Of a stretch of DNA of 64,000 nucleotides, positions 19,404-29,700 are shown piece by piece. The notes beneath the pieces were generated by a model that saw nothing but the letters and a program-made list of their open reading frames with translations, made no database searches and was not told where the DNA came from. How positions within the stretch are numbered: position 1 is the stretch's first letter; every line of letters begins with the position of its first letter. A program made the position numbers and the translations under genes. Source of the stretch: Mycobacterium sp. (GTDB taxonomy: Bacteria > Actinomycetota > Actinomycetes > Mycobacteriales > Mycobacteriaceae); NCBI GenBank assembly GCA_050701515.1, contig JBOGDB010000104.1; one strand, given 5' to 3'.

Positions 19404-21134
19404 GTGAGCCTTCGAAGCCTGCCGGCCGAAACCGTTCGGTCGGCCCGCAAACCGCAGCCGGCCACCACCTACGAGCGGATCTTCGACGGCTATAACAACC
19501 TGGGTACCTACTCCGGCGCGTTCGACGAGATGTTCGACGCGCAGGGCAACGTCCGCGGCCCGTACAAAGGCATCTACGCCGAGCTTGCCCCGTCGGATGC
19601 CTCCGAATTGGAAGCCCGCGCCGAAGCACTGGGCCGCGCGTTCATCGATCAGGGCATCACGTTCTCGCTGTCCGGCCAGGAGCGTCCGTTTCCGCTGGAT
19701 CTCGTGCCGCGGGTGATCTCTGCCGCCGAATGGTCGCGGCTTGATCGTGGCATTACCCAGCGGGTCAAGGCGCTGGAGCATTACCTCGACGACATCTACG
19801 GCGACCAGGAGATCCTGCGTGACGAGGTCATCCCGCGCCGGCTGGTCACCTCCTGCGAGCACTTCCACCGCGAGGCCGCGGGCATCGTTCCGCCCAACGG
19901 GGTCCGTATCCACGTCGCGGGCATCGACCTCGTCCGCGATGAGCAGGGCAGCTTCCGGGTGCTGGAGGACAACCTGCGCTCGCCGTCCGGGGTCTCCTAT
20001 GTGATGGAGAACCGGCGCACGATGGCGCGCGTCTTCCCGAACCTGTTCGCCACCCACCGGGTGCGCGCGGTCGGCGACTACTCGTCGCACCTGCTGCGGG
20101 CGCTGCGCAACGCGGCGGCGTCAAACGAGGCCGACCCGACGGTCGTCGTGCTCACTCCCGGCGTCTACAACGCGGCCTACTTCGAGCACTCGCTGCTGGC
20201 CCGGCAGATGGGCGTCGAACTCGTGGAGGGACGCGACCTGTTCTGCCGCGACAACACCGTGTACGTGCGAACCACCGAGGGTGAACGACAGGTCGACGTC
20301 ATCTACCGCCGGATCGACGACGCGTTTCTCGACCCGATGCAGTTCCGTCCCGACTCGGTGCTCGGGGTCGCCGGCCTGCTCAACGCGGCGCGGGCGGGCA
20401 ACGTGGTGATCTCCAGTGCGGTGGGCAACGGCGTCGGCGACGACAAGCTGGTCTACACCTATGTCCCGGCGATCATCGAGTACTACCTGGGCGAGAAGCC
20501 GCTGCTGGCGAACGTCGATACGTTCCGCTGCTGGCTGGACGACGAGCGCGAGGAGGTGCTGGACCGGGTCGACGAGTTGGTCGTCAAGCCGGTCGAGGGC
20601 TCCGGCGGCTACGGCATCGTGTTCGGCCCGGCGGCGTCGGAGAAGGAACTGGCCGCGATCTGCAAGAAGATTCGCAACGATCCGCGCGGCTGGATCGCGC
20701 AGCCGGTGGTGCAACTGTCAACGGTGCCGACCCAGATCGACGACCGGCTCGCACCCCGCCATGTCGACCTGCGGCCGTTCGCGGTCAACGACGGCGACGA
20801 TGTGTGGGTGCTGCCGGGCGGGCTGACCCGGGTCGCGCTACCGGAAGGATCGCTGGTGGTCAATTCCAGCCAGGGCGGCGGCTCCAAGGACACCTGGGTG
20901 CTGGCGTCGCGGGCGTCGGTCGCCGACCGCGAACTGGGCGCCGCCGAGGTGGTGCGGTCTCTACCCAAGGCGCCCAAGGGGCCCAAGGCCGACAAGGACA
21001 AGGAGCGGTCGACGTCTGCGCAGCAGCAACAGCAGTCGCAGGTGCACTCACCGGGTCTGCAGCAGAGCCAGCAACAGCAACAGCAGGCGGCTGATGGACT
21101 TCCGATGAGCGCTCGCGCGAAGAGGAGACGATGA
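19404..21134 (+). CDS. Circularly permuted type 2 ATP-grasp protein (Rv2411c-like)
   Basis: VLEDNLRSPSG, IYRRIDD, PRHVDLRPF and NSSQGGGSKDTW; low-complexity K- and Q-rich tail. Confidence 0.9.
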   Translation: MSLRSLPAETVRSARKPQPATTYERIFDGYNNLGTYSGAFDEMFDAQGNVRGPYKGIYAELAPSDASELEARAEALGRAFIDQGITFSLSGQERPFPLDLVPRVISAAEWSRLDRGITQRVKALEHYLDDIYGDQEILRDEVIPRRLVTSCEHFHREAAGIVPPNGVRIHVAGIDLVRDEQGSFRVLEDNLRSPSGVSYVMENRRTMARVFPNLFATHRVRAVGDYSSHLLRALRNAAASNEADPTVVVLTPGVYNAAYFEHSLLARQMGVELVEGRDLFCRDNTVYVRTTEGERQVDVIYRRIDDAFLDPMQFRPDSVLGVAGLLNAARAGNVVISSAVGNGVGDDKLVYTYVPAIIEYYLGEKPLLANVDTFRCWLDDEREEVLDRVDELVVKPVEGSGGYGIVFGPAASEKELAAICKKIRNDPRGWIAQPVVQLSTVPTQIDDRLAPRHVDLRPFAVNDGDDVWVLPGGLTRVALPEGSLVVNSSQGGGSKDTWVLASRASVADRELGAAEVVRSLPKAPKGPKADKDKERSTSAQQQQQSQVHSPGLQQSQQQQQQAADGLPMSARAKRRR

Positions 21135-22111
21135 TGTTGGCGCGCAACGCCGAATCGCTGTACTGGATCGGCCGCTACGTCGAGCGTGCCGACGACACCG
21201 CGCGCATCCTCGATGTCACCGTTCACCAACTCCTCGAAGATTCCAGCGTCGATCCGGACCAGGCGTCGCGAACACTGCTGCGGGTGTTGGGCATCGATGC
21301 ACCCGAACACGAGCTGGACGTGTGGTCACTGACCGACCTGGTCGCGTTCAGCCGGGACAACCACGGGGGCTGTTCGATCGTCGACTCGATCTCGGCCGCC
21401 CGCGAGAATGCCCGCGGTGCACGCGAAGTCACATCAACCGAGATTTGGGAGTGCCTCAACAGCACATACAACTCGCTGGCCGAGCGCGAGCGCGCCGCCA
21501 AACGGCTTGGGCCACACGAATTCCTGTCGTTCGTCGAGGGTCGTGCGGCAATGTTCGCCGGGCTGGCGGACTCGACGCTGTCGCGAGACGACGGTTACCG
21601 GTTCATGGTGCTCGGCGGTGCGATCGAGCGGGTGGACATGACCGTGCGGCTGCTGCTGTCCCGGGTTGGCGACAGCGCATCCTCGCCCGCGTGGGTCACG
21701 CTGCTGCGATCCGCCGGTGCGCACGACAGCTATCTGCGCACCTACCGCGGCGCGCTCGACGCCGGCCGGGTCGTCGAGTTCATGCTGCTGGACCGCCTGT
21801 TCCCACGGTCCGTCTTCTATTCGCTGCGACTGGCCGAACACAGCCTCGACGAACTCATGAATCGGCCGCACGACCGGCTCGGCGCCACCGCCGAAGCGCA
21901 GCGGCTGCTCGGACGGGCCCGCAGCGAACTGGAGTTCCTCCGCCCCGGGCCACTTCTGGAATCGCTCGAGCAGCACCTCGCCGGGCTGCAGCGGACCTGC
22001 CATGAAGTCGGCGAAGCTTTGGCGCTGCAATACTTTCACTCCGCACCCTGGGTGGCTTGGCACGATGCCGGTCGCAATGGCTCGCTGGTCATCGAGGAGG
22101 GTGAGATTTAA
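21131..22111 (+). CDS. Alpha-E domain protein (Rv2410c-like)
   Basis: MLARNAESLYWIGRYVERA, with a second ER motif IERVDMTVR. Confidence 0.9.
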   Translation: MMLARNAESLYWIGRYVERADDTARILDVTVHQLLEDSSVDPDQASRTLLRVLGIDAPEHELDVWSLTDLVAFSRDNHGGCSIVDSISAARENARGAREVTSTEIWECLNSTYNSLAERERAAKRLGPHEFLSFVEGRAAMFAGLADSTLSRDDGYRFMVLGGAIERVDMTVRLLLSRVGDSASSPAWVTLLRSAGAHDSYLRTYRGALDAGRVVEFMLLDRLFPRSVFYSLRLAEHSLDELMNRPHDRLGATAEAQRLLGRARSELEFLRPGPLLESLEQHLAGLQRTCHEVGEALALQYFHSAPWVAWHDAGRNGSLVIEEGEI

Positions 22112-22142
22112 TGACGAGCGTCTCGCGCGAGGAACAGCACTG

Positions 22143-22982
22143 ATGTGGCGCATGCGGGTTGTGCACTCGACGGGCTATGCCTACAAGTCACCGGTGACCG
22201 CATCGTTCAACGAGTGCCGCCTGACGCCGCGGTCCGATTCCCGGCAGAACGTCATCCTCAACCGGGTCGAGACCGTTCCCGCGACGCGCTCCTACCGCTA
22301 CGTCGACTACTGGGGCACCGCGGTGACCGCCTTCGACCTACACGCACCGCACACCGAGTTGGAGGTCACCTCGTCGTCGGTCGTGGAGACCGACACGGGA
22401 GAGCTTCCCGAGGCAAAGGTCGGTTGGGACGATCTGCACACCGAATCCATGGCTGACCGGTTCGACGAGGTGCTCAGCGCCACCCACTACACACCGCAGA
22501 GCAAGCGAATCGGACGCGTCGGCGAGCGCATCGCCAAATACCACGATCCGCAGGAAGCCGTCGTCGCCGCCGCTCATTGGGTGCACAGTGAGCTGAACTA
22601 TGTCGCGGGAACCACCGGTGTGCATTCGTCGGGTCTGGACGCGCTGCGCGAAGGCAAGGGCGTCTGCCAGGACTTCGCCCACTTGTCGTTGATCCTGATG
22701 CGCAGCATGGGAATTCCGTCACGGTATGTCTCGGGGTACTTGCATCCCAACCGCAAAGCCGTGGTCGGAGACACCATCGACGGCCAGAGCCACGCGTGGA
22801 TCCAGGCCTGGACCGGTGGATGGTGGAACTACGACCCCACGAACGACGCCGAGATCAACGAGCAGTACATCAGTGTCGGTGTGGGCCGCGACTATTCGGA
22901 TGTGACGCCACTGAAGGGCATCTATTCCGGTGAGGGGTCGACCGACCTCGACGTCGTCGTCGAAATCACCCGGCTGGCCTAA
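22143..22982 (+). CDS. Transglutaminase-like protein (Rv2409c-like)
   Basis: Catalytic Cys-His-Asp in GVCQDFAH, SHAW and YDPTN. Confidence 0.9.
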   Translation: MWRMRVVHSTGYAYKSPVTASFNECRLTPRSDSRQNVILNRVETVPATRSYRYVDYWGTAVTAFDLHAPHTELEVTSSSVVETDTGELPEAKVGWDDLHTESMADRFDEVLSATHYTPQSKRIGRVGERIAKYHDPQEAVVAAAHWVHSELNYVAGTTGVHSSGLDALREGKGVCQDFAHLSLILMRSMGIPSRYVSGYLHPNRKAVVGDTIDGQSHAWIQAWTGGWWNYDPTNDAEINEQYISVGVGRDYSDVTPLKGIYSGEGSTDLDVVVEITRLA

Positions 22983-22994
22983 GAGTTGGGCCCG

Positions 22995-23858
22995 CTACCC
23001 ACCTGACCGGGTGACGCTCACGCCCGGGTGCACCTCGACGCGATGCAGGTCGTCGCCCAGTTCGATCTGCCGGTTGAACGCGGAGGCGGCCAACGCGCGC
23101 CAATCGTCTTCCTGACCTGGCGCGATGCCGGGCACGTAGTGGGTGAGGATGAGGATGCCCACGCCGGCGCGGGTGGCGGTGGCGGCGGCCTCCTCGACCG
23201 AAGAGTGGTAGTCGCAGATGTCGCGGATGCGCTGCTGGCCCAGGGCCTCGATCTGGTCCTTGCGGATCACGGTGTGCACGAGCGCGCCCGCGCCGGCGGC
23301 CAGCCCGTCGAGGCTGGTGCACGGCACGGTGTCGCCGGCCAGCACCACCGACGCGTCCGCGTGTTCGACCCGGAACCCGATCGTCGGAGCCACCGGCCGG
23401 TGATCGGTCGGCGCCACCCGGATCCGCACGCCGTCGCGGTCCCAGACCGAGCCGTCGGTGTACTCGTGCACCTCGACCGGCGGCGGCCCGGTCAGGTCGG
23501 CGTGATGTGCGATCCGGTAACCGATGTCGTACCCGAATGCCTTCAGCGTGGCGTCGACGACCTCGGCGGTGCCCGGCGGACCGATGATCGGCAGCGGCGG
23601 CGGGTCGGGGACGAACGTCGTCACCCATCGGGTGATGATCACGTCGCCGAGATCGGCGATGTGATCGCTGTGCAGGTGCGTGAGCAGCAGCGCCGTCAGG
23701 CCGTTGGCGCCCACACCGACGGCGGCGGCCCGCTGCTGCACGCCGCGCCCGCAGTCGACGAGAAACGTCTGCCCGCCGGCGCGCACAAGCGTGGACGGCC
23801 CGGCACGGTTTGCGTCGGGAATGGGGCTGCCGGTGCCGAGCAGGGTGACTTCGATCAT
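22995..23858 (-). CDS. Ribonuclease Z-like metallo-beta-lactamase (Rv2407-like)
   Basis: LLGTGSP, THLHSDH, AGDTVPC and LTHYVP. Confidence 0.85.
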   Translation of the reverse strand: MIEVTLLGTGSPIPDANRAGPSTLVRAGGQTFLVDCGRGVQQRAAAVGVGANGLTALLLTHLHSDHIADLGDVIITRWVTTFVPDPPPLPIIGPPGTAEVVDATLKAFGYDIGYRIAHHADLTGPPPVEVHEYTDGSVWDRDGVRIRVAPTDHRPVAPTIGFRVEHADASVVLAGDTVPCTSLDGLAAGAGALVHTVIRKDQIEALGQQRIRDICDYHSSVEEAAATATRAGVGILILTHYVPGIAPGQEDDWRALAASAFNRQIELGDDLHRVEVHPGVSVTRSGG

Positions 23859-23979
23859 GGCGTAATACCTACCGCCTCGTTCGCCGGGTGTGGCGCTTTC
23901 GTCACAAACAATGAAGTCGCTTTCGCAGTGACCGACTTCGACATAACCTGGTGTGAACTGGCTCACGATGGAGGCGAGG

Positions 23980-24408
23980 ATGCGAATCGCGGACGTGTTG
24001 CGGACCAAGGGCGCCTCGGTTGCGACGATCACCCCGGAGACCTCGGTCTCGGGGCTGCTCACCGAGCTTGCGGTGCACAACATCGGCGCCATGGTGGTGG
24101 TTTCGCCCGATGGCCTGGCTGGCATCGTCTCGGAGCGCGACGTGGTGCGCAAACTGCACGAACATGGCGCCGGCCTGCTGACCCTGCCGGTGTCCGAGAT
24201 CATGACGACATTCGTGGCGACCTGCGCACCAAGCGACACGGTCGACCACCTCAGCGCGCTGATGACCAACAAGCGGGTGCGGCACATCCCGGTGCTGGAG
24301 AACGACCGGCTGGTCGGGATCGTCAGCATCGGCGACGTGGTGAAGCAGCGGATGGAGGAGCTGGAGACCGAGCAGCAGCAGCTGCAGGACTACATCACCC
24401 GTGGCTGA
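23980..24408 (+). CDS. CBS domain protein (Rv2406c-like)
   Basis: GIVSERDVV and RVRHIPV...[10 protein letters not shown]. Confidence 0.9.
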   Translation: MRIADVLRTKGASVATITPETSVSGLLTELAVHNIGAMVVVSPDGLAGIVSERDVVRKLHEHGAGLLTLPVSEIMTTFVATCAPSDTVDHLSALMTNKRVRHIPVLENDRLVGIVSIGDVVKQRMEELETEQQQLQDYITRG

Positions 24409-25009
24409 CATCGGTGTGCGGCCCGCCCGGAAGGCCGACGTCCGGGAGGTGGCCGGTGTGCTGGCGCGGGCGTTCTACGACGACCCGGTGATGATGTGGA
24501 TGCTGCCCGAGGACAAGGCCAGGACAAAGGCGCTGCCCCGGATGTTCGCGACCTTGACCAGGCATCACTTCCTTTCTCGTGGCGCTTCCGAAGTTGCTAG
24601 TCGCGGCGGGGACTTCGGGGCCGCGACGCTGTGGGATCCGCCCGGCCAGCGGAAGTCGTCGCGCTGGGAACAGCTTGTGATGATGCCCGCCATGATGTGG
24701 GCATTCCGATCTCGCTCCCAGGCGTCACAGACCGTCATGGAGGTCATGGAGGAGAACCATCCCGAGGAACCGCACTGGTATCTGATGGTGATCGGCAGCG
24801 ATCCCTCGGTCCGCGGCGCGGGCTTCGGGCAGGCCCTGATGCGCTCGCGCCTGGATCGCTGCGACGCCGAGCATGCGCCGGCCTACCTGGAAGCCACCAA
24901 ATCGGACCTGGTCCCGTACTACGGCCGGTTCGGCTTCGAGGTCACCGGCGAGATCAAGATTCCCGATGGCGGACCCACCATGTGGGCGATGTGGCGGGAC
25001 CCGAGGTAG
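24401..25009 (+). CDS. GNAT family N-acetyltransferase
   Basis: PHWYLMVIGSDPSVRGAGFG, PAYLEAT and YYGRFGF. Confidence 0.85.
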   Translation: MADIGVRPARKADVREVAGVLARAFYDDPVMMWMLPEDKARTKALPRMFATLTRHHFLSRGASEVASRGGDFGAATLWDPPGQRKSSRWEQLVMMPAMMWAFRSRSQASQTVMEVMEENHPEEPHWYLMVIGSDPSVRGAGFGQALMRSRLDRCDAEHAPAYLEATKSDLVPYYGRFGFEVTGEIKIPDGGPTMWAMWRDPR

Positions 25010-25010
25010 A

Positions 25011-25598
25011 TCAGCTCCACGAGTATTCGGCGCGCAGCCGGCCGGCGACGATCTCGAAGGTCTCGCGTTGCAGGATCGCCCCTTCCCGGCGAATGCTCTC
25101 CTCGGGCACATCCAGCACCCGATCCAGGCACACCCAGCTCGCGCGTTCTTCGTAATCCCAACTGCCCGAACCGATGGCGACCCAATCGCGGTCGTCGCGG
25201 TGGTGCTCCTGACTGGACAGCATCAGGCCGAGCAGGGTGCGACGGTCGCGGCCGACCACTAACACCGGGCGATCCTTACCCCGCGCTGGATCGTCCTCGT
25301 AAACCACCCAGGTCCACACCACCTCGCCGGGATCCGCGCGCCCGTCCAGATCCGGCGCGTACACCAGCTTGCGGGCGCGTTGCGCGGTGGGAACGCTGTT
25401 CTTGGTCACCGGGCGGCCGGTCGTGATGGCGGTCGATTCGTCGGTGGTGCCGGTGATGGCGTCGAGGCCCATCTTGATGCCTTGCTGGATGCCGCGCTGC
25501 AGCCCCTCGGGCGGCTGGAACTGCCGGATGAACTTCGGCGCCTCGTTGAACACCAGGTTCTCCGCGAATTGCTGCAACGTCTTCCACTGCGACGCCAT
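25011..25598 (-). CDS. PemK/MazF-like domain protein (Rv2405-like)
   Basis: PGEVVWTWVVYEDDPARGKDRPVLVVG. Confidence 0.8.
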   Translation of the reverse strand: MASQWKTLQQFAENLVFNEAPKFIRQFQPPEGLQRGIQQGIKMGLDAITGTTDESTAITTGRPVTKNSVPTAQRARKLVYAPDLDGRADPGEVVWTWVVYEDDPARGKDRPVLVVGRDRRTLLGLMLSSQEHHRDDRDWVAIGSGSWDYEERASWVCLDRVLDVPEESIRREGAILQRETFEIVAGRLRAEYSWS

Positions 25599-25704
25599 GT
25601 TCGCAGCATAGGTGAAGCGGGCCGCGCGCGATTGTGTCGCGCTCAGCGTCGCTCGATACCCTGGAAGGGCCTCGCACGCCCGCTAGACAAATCCTGACCA
25701 GGAG

Positions 25705-27564
25705 ATTCCCATCAGCAGTTTGGCCGACCAGACCTTCACGGCGCCGGCGCAGATTCGGAACTTCTGCATCATCGCCCACATCGACCACGGCAAGTCGACG
25801 CTGGCCGACCGAATGCTGCAGCTCACCGGTGTCGTCGACGAACGGTCGATGCGGGCGCAGTACCTGGATCGGATGGATATCGAGCGGGAGCGTGGCATCA
25901 CCATCAAGGCCCAGAACGTGCGCCTGCCGTGGCGGGTAAAGGGTGAGGCCGGTACTTCCGATTATGTTTTGCATCTCATCGACACGCCCGGCCATGTCGA
26001 CTTCACCTACGAGGTGTCGCGCGCGTTGGAGGCCTGCGAGGGCGCGGTGCTGCTGGTGGACGCCGCCCAGGGCATCGAGGCGCAGACGCTGGCCAACCTG
26101 TATCTGGCGCTGGACCGCGACCTCGCCATCATCCCGGTGCTGAACAAGATCGACCTGCCCGCCGCCGACCCAGACCGTTACGCCGCGGAAATCGCTCACA
26201 TCATCGGCTGCGAACCCACCGACGTGCTGCGGGTTTCCGGAAAAACGGGCGACGGCGTCGCCGACCTGCTCGACCACGTGGTAGGTCAGGTGCCGCCGCC
26301 GACCGGCGAACCGGATGCGCCGACGCGGGCGATGAACTTCGACTCGGTCTACGACACTTACCGTGGCGTGGTCACCTATGTGCGCGTCATCGACGGCAAG
26401 ATCACCCCGCGCGAGCGGATCAAGATGATGTCGACCGGCGCCACCCACGAGCTGCTCGAGGTCGGCATCGTCTCACCCGAACCGAAACCCGCCGACGGCC
26501 TCGGCGTCGGCGAGGTGGGCTACCTCATCACCGGCGTCAAGGACGTCCGGCAGTCGAAGGTCGGCGACACCGTGACTACGGCACGCCACGGCGCCACCGA
26601 GGCGTTGACCGGCTACCGCGAACCCAAGCCGATGGTGTACTCCGGGCTGTATCCGGTCGACGGTTCCGACTACCCCGACCTGCGTGACGCGCTGGACCGA
26701 TTGCAGCTCAATGACGCCGCGCTGACCTACGAGCCGGAGACGTCGGTGGCGCTCGGGTTCGGATTCCGTTGCGGATTCCTGGGCCTACTGCACATGGAGA
26801 TCTCCCGCGAGCGACTGGAACGCGAATTCGACCTGGACCTCATCTCCACTTCGCCGAACGTTGTCTACCGGGTGGTGCTGGACGACGGCACCGAAAAGGT
26901 CGTCACCAATCCGTCCGACTGGCCGACCGGCAAGATCCGCACCGTCTTCGAGCCGGTGGACAAGACCACCATCATCGCGCCCAGCGAGTTCATCGGCACG
27001 ATCATGGAGCTCTGCCAGTCCCGGCGCGGCGAGCTCGGCGGCATGGACTACCTCTCACCAGAGCGCGTCGAGCTGCGTTACACCATGCCGCTCGGCGAGA
27101 TCATCTTCGATTTCTTCGACTCGCTGAAGTCGCGCACCCGCGGCTATGCCAGCCTCGACTACGAGGATGCGGGCGAACAGGAAGCGGACCTGGTCAAGGT
27201 CGACATCCTGCTGCAGGGTGAGGCGGTCGACGCATTCAGCGCCATCGTGCACCGTGACGAGGCCGCCGAATACGGCCGCAAGATGACGGGAAGGCTCAAG
27301 GAGCTGATTCCGCGGCAGCAGTTCGAGGTGCCCGTGCAGGCCGCCATCGGCTCGAAAATCATTGCCCGGGAGAACATTCGCGCCATCCGCAAGGATGTGC
27401 TTTCCAAGTGCTACGGCGGCGACATCACCCGCAAACGCAAGCTGCTGGAGAAGCAAAAGGAAGGCAAGAAGCGGATGAAGACCATCGGGCGGGTGGACGT
27501 GCCGCAGGAGGCCTTCGTCGCGGCATTGTCGACCGACGGCGGCGGCGACAAGGCAAAGAAGTAA
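25705..27564 (+). CDS. lepA: Translation elongation factor 4; start codon uncertain (ATT 25705, ATC 25711 or TTG 25720)
   Basis: [35 protein letters not shown] and C-terminal [18 protein letters not shown]. Confidence 0.95.
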   Translation: MPISSLADQTFTAPAQIRNFCIIAHIDHGKSTLADRMLQLTGVVDERSMRAQYLDRMDIERERGITIKAQNVRLPWRVKGEAGTSDYVLHLIDTPGHVDFTYEVSRALEACEGAVLLVDAAQGIEAQTLANLYLALDRDLAIIPVLNKIDLPAADPDRYAAEIAHIIGCEPTDVLRVSGKTGDGVADLLDHVVGQVPPPTGEPDAPTRAMNFDSVYDTYRGVVTYVRVIDGKITPRERIKMMSTGATHELLEVGIVSPEPKPADGLGVGEVGYLITGVKDVRQSKVGDTVTTARHGATEALTGYREPKPMVYSGLYPVDGSDYPDLRDALDRLQLNDAALTYEPETSVALGFGFRCGFLGLLHMEISRERLEREFDLDLISTSPNVVYRVVLDDGTEKVVTNPSDWPTGKIRTVFEPVDKTTIIAPSEFIGTIMELCQSRRGELGGMDYLSPERVELRYTMPLGEIIFDFFDSLKSRTRGYASLDYEDAGEQEADLVKVDILLQGEAVDAFSAIVHRDEAAEYGRKMTGRLKELIPRQQFEVPVQAAIGSKIIARENIRAIRKDVLSKCYGGDITRKRKLLEKQKEGKKRMKTIGRVDVPQEAFVAALSTDGGGDKAKK

Positions 27565-27627
27565 TCGCCTAGCCCGCAATTGTGTTGTCAAACCCCGTTT
27601 CGGCAGCCGGTCGTCCACAATGACGGG

Positions 27628-28335
27628 GTGATCGCGACGGGACGGGCCTTTCGGGCCATCGGCGGTGTGCTGGCGGCCTCGGTACTGCTCTCCGGGTGCG
27701 TGAGCACCGTCGCCGGTTCGGCGGTGCGCGACCAGAACGCGGTGCCGGTCGATGTGCCGCCGCTGGACGAGTCGGCGCTGGACGGCGCGCTGCTGTCGAT
27801 CGGTGTGGTCAACGGCATCATGGGCTCAACCCAGATGAAGGTCAGCGGCGAGCTGGACGACATGACGGACTACTCCGAGCAGGTGTCCGATCCCGATTGC
27901 CTCGCCACGATCTTCGGTGCCCAGGAGCCGGTCTATGCCGACAGCGGCTGGACGGCCATGCGGGATCAGGTCGCCCGCGAACCCGAGGACGACAACGATC
28001 ACTGGGTCGAGCAGACCGCCGTGCTCTACCCGTCGGCCGAAGATGCGCGGGGGCTCTTCGACAAGGTCAAGTCGATATGGGAAAAATGTTCGGGGTCCTC
28101 GATCTCGGTCGACACCGAGAGTTCCAGCTCGCTGTGGGAGATCGAGGACGTCACTGCCGAGGACAGTGTGATCACCCAGATGACGAAGCAGGAAGATGCC
28201 GACGGGTGGGAATGCCAGCACGCCCTTGCGGTGGCCTCGAACCTCACCGCCGAAACCTGGGCCTGCGGATACATCATCATCGACGAAGCCGCCGCCATTG
28301 CCGTCGACATGGTCACCAAGGCCGCCAAGAAGTAG
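27628..28335 (+). CDS. PknH-like extracellular sensor-domain lipoprotein (LppR-like)
   Basis: Lipobox LLSGC and four Cys; synteny after lepA. CACAAT precedes GTG 27628. Confidence 0.8.
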   Translation: MIATGRAFRAIGGVLAASVLLSGCVSTVAGSAVRDQNAVPVDVPPLDESALDGALLSIGVVNGIMGSTQMKVSGELDDMTDYSEQVSDPDCLATIFGAQEPVYADSGWTAMRDQVAREPEDDNDHWVEQTAVLYPSAEDARGLFDKVKSIWEKCSGSSISVDTESSSSLWEIEDVTAEDSVITQMTKQEDADGWECQHALAVASNLTAETWACGYIIIDEAAAIAVDMVTKAAKK

Positions 28336-28350
28336 CGAGGCTTCGGCATT

Positions 28351-29691
28351 ATGCAGGTATCGATCATCGAGACGTCCGGGCTTGGCGACCGCAGCTACGT
28401 CGTGACCGAAGGCGACACGGCGGTGGTCATCGATCCGCAGCGTGACATCGACCGCGTGCTCGAGGTCGTCGGCGACGCCCGCATCACGCACGTGCTGGAA
28501 ACCCATATCCACAACGACTACGTGACGGGTGGGCTCGAGCTGTCGCGGTCGCTGGGTACCGAATACGTGGTGCCCGCCGGGGACGACCTCGGCTATGGGG
28601 CACGCAGAGTCCGCGACGGCGACACCATCGACGCCGGCCCAATCACGCTGCGGGTCATACATACTCCCGGCCACACCCATCACCACGTCAGCTATGAGTT
28701 GCGCGACGCATCGGGCACCACCGTGGGGGTTTTCACCGGTGGCTCCATGCTGTATGGCAGTTCCGGCCGTACCGACCTGCTCGGCGCCGATGACACGGTG
28801 GCCTTGACGCGGGCGCAGTATCACTCCGTCCGGCGCCTTGCCGACGTGCTCCCGGCCGACGCGGAGGTATACCCGACCCACGGCTTTGGGAGCTTCTGCT
28901 CCGCCACGCCCGTTACCGAGGACTCGTCCACGATCGGGCATCAACGCGACACCAACCCGGCGTTGACCAAGGACGAGCAGAACTTCGTCGATGACTTGCT
29001 GGCCGGCCTGTCGGCATACCCCGATTACTACGCACACATGGGCGTGATCAACACCAATGGTCCTGCGGCCGTCGACCTTTCGATGCCCAAGGTCATCGAA
29101 GCCGATGAGCTCCATCGCCGCCTTGAAGCAGGGGAGTGGGTCGTCGACCTTCGCCATCGCGTCGCGTTCGCCGCCGGACACTTGACGGGCAGCTTCGGAT
29201 TCGAAATGTCCGGATCGTTCGTGACATATCTCGGCTGGCTGCATCCCTGGGGTACACCGCTGACGCTGATCGGAGAAGACGACGATCAAATCGCAGAGGC
29301 ACGACGCGAACTCATCCGGATCGGTGTCGACGTCATCGCCGGTGCCGCAGATATCCACACCGTCGGGGCCGCGGCCGAACAGCGCACATATCGGGTGGCC
29401 GACTTCGCCGAGCTGGCCGATGCGATCGGCCGCGACGAGCTGACCGTCCTCGACGTGCGCCAAACAGACGAATTCGACGAATCCCGCATACCGGGCGCGG
29501 TCAACATCCCGCTTCACGAACTGGCCGACCGGATCGGCGAACTCCCCGCCGGGCAGGCGTGGGTGCACTGCACGACCGGCTACCGCGCGTCGATCGCGGC
29601 CTCCGTCCTGGACAGGCACGACCGGGATGTGGTGCTGATCGATGACGAGTTCGAAGCGGCCGAAGACCTGGACTTGACAGCCGATCGGTAG
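28351..29691 (+). CDS. MBL-fold persulfide dioxygenase-rhodanese fusion (CstB-like), copy 1
   Basis: ETHIHND, TPGHT, YPTHGFGSFCS; C-terminal rhodanese with VHCTTGYRA. Confidence 0.8.
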   Translation: MQVSIIETSGLGDRSYVVTEGDTAVVIDPQRDIDRVLEVVGDARITHVLETHIHNDYVTGGLELSRSLGTEYVVPAGDDLGYGARRVRDGDTIDAGPITLRVIHTPGHTHHHVSYELRDASGTTVGVFTGGSMLYGSSGRTDLLGADDTVALTRAQYHSVRRLADVLPADAEVYPTHGFGSFCSATPVTEDSSTIGHQRDTNPALTKDEQNFVDDLLAGLSAYPDYYAHMGVINTNGPAAVDLSMPKVIEADELHRRLEAGEWVVDLRHRVAFAAGHLTGSFGFEMSGSFVTYLGWLHPWGTPLTLIGEDDDQIAEARRELIRIGVDVIAGAADIHTVGAAAEQRTYRVADFAELADAIGRDELTVLDVRQTDEFDESRIPGAVNIPLHELADRIGELPAGQAWVHCTTGYRASIAASVLDRHDRDVVLIDDEFEAAEDLDLTADR

Positions 29692-29700
29692 AGACTAATC

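Noticed and set aside
23880-23952. Loose inverted repeat between the RNase Z-like and CBS genes
   Set aside because: The arms pair poorly by eye and do not match the 18-bp REP-like arm. It is more likely divergent promoter sequence.
27826-29619. 597-aa minus-strand ORF
   Set aside because: Antisense to the lppR-like and CstB-like genes, with no recognisable motifs; typical high-GC shadow ORF.
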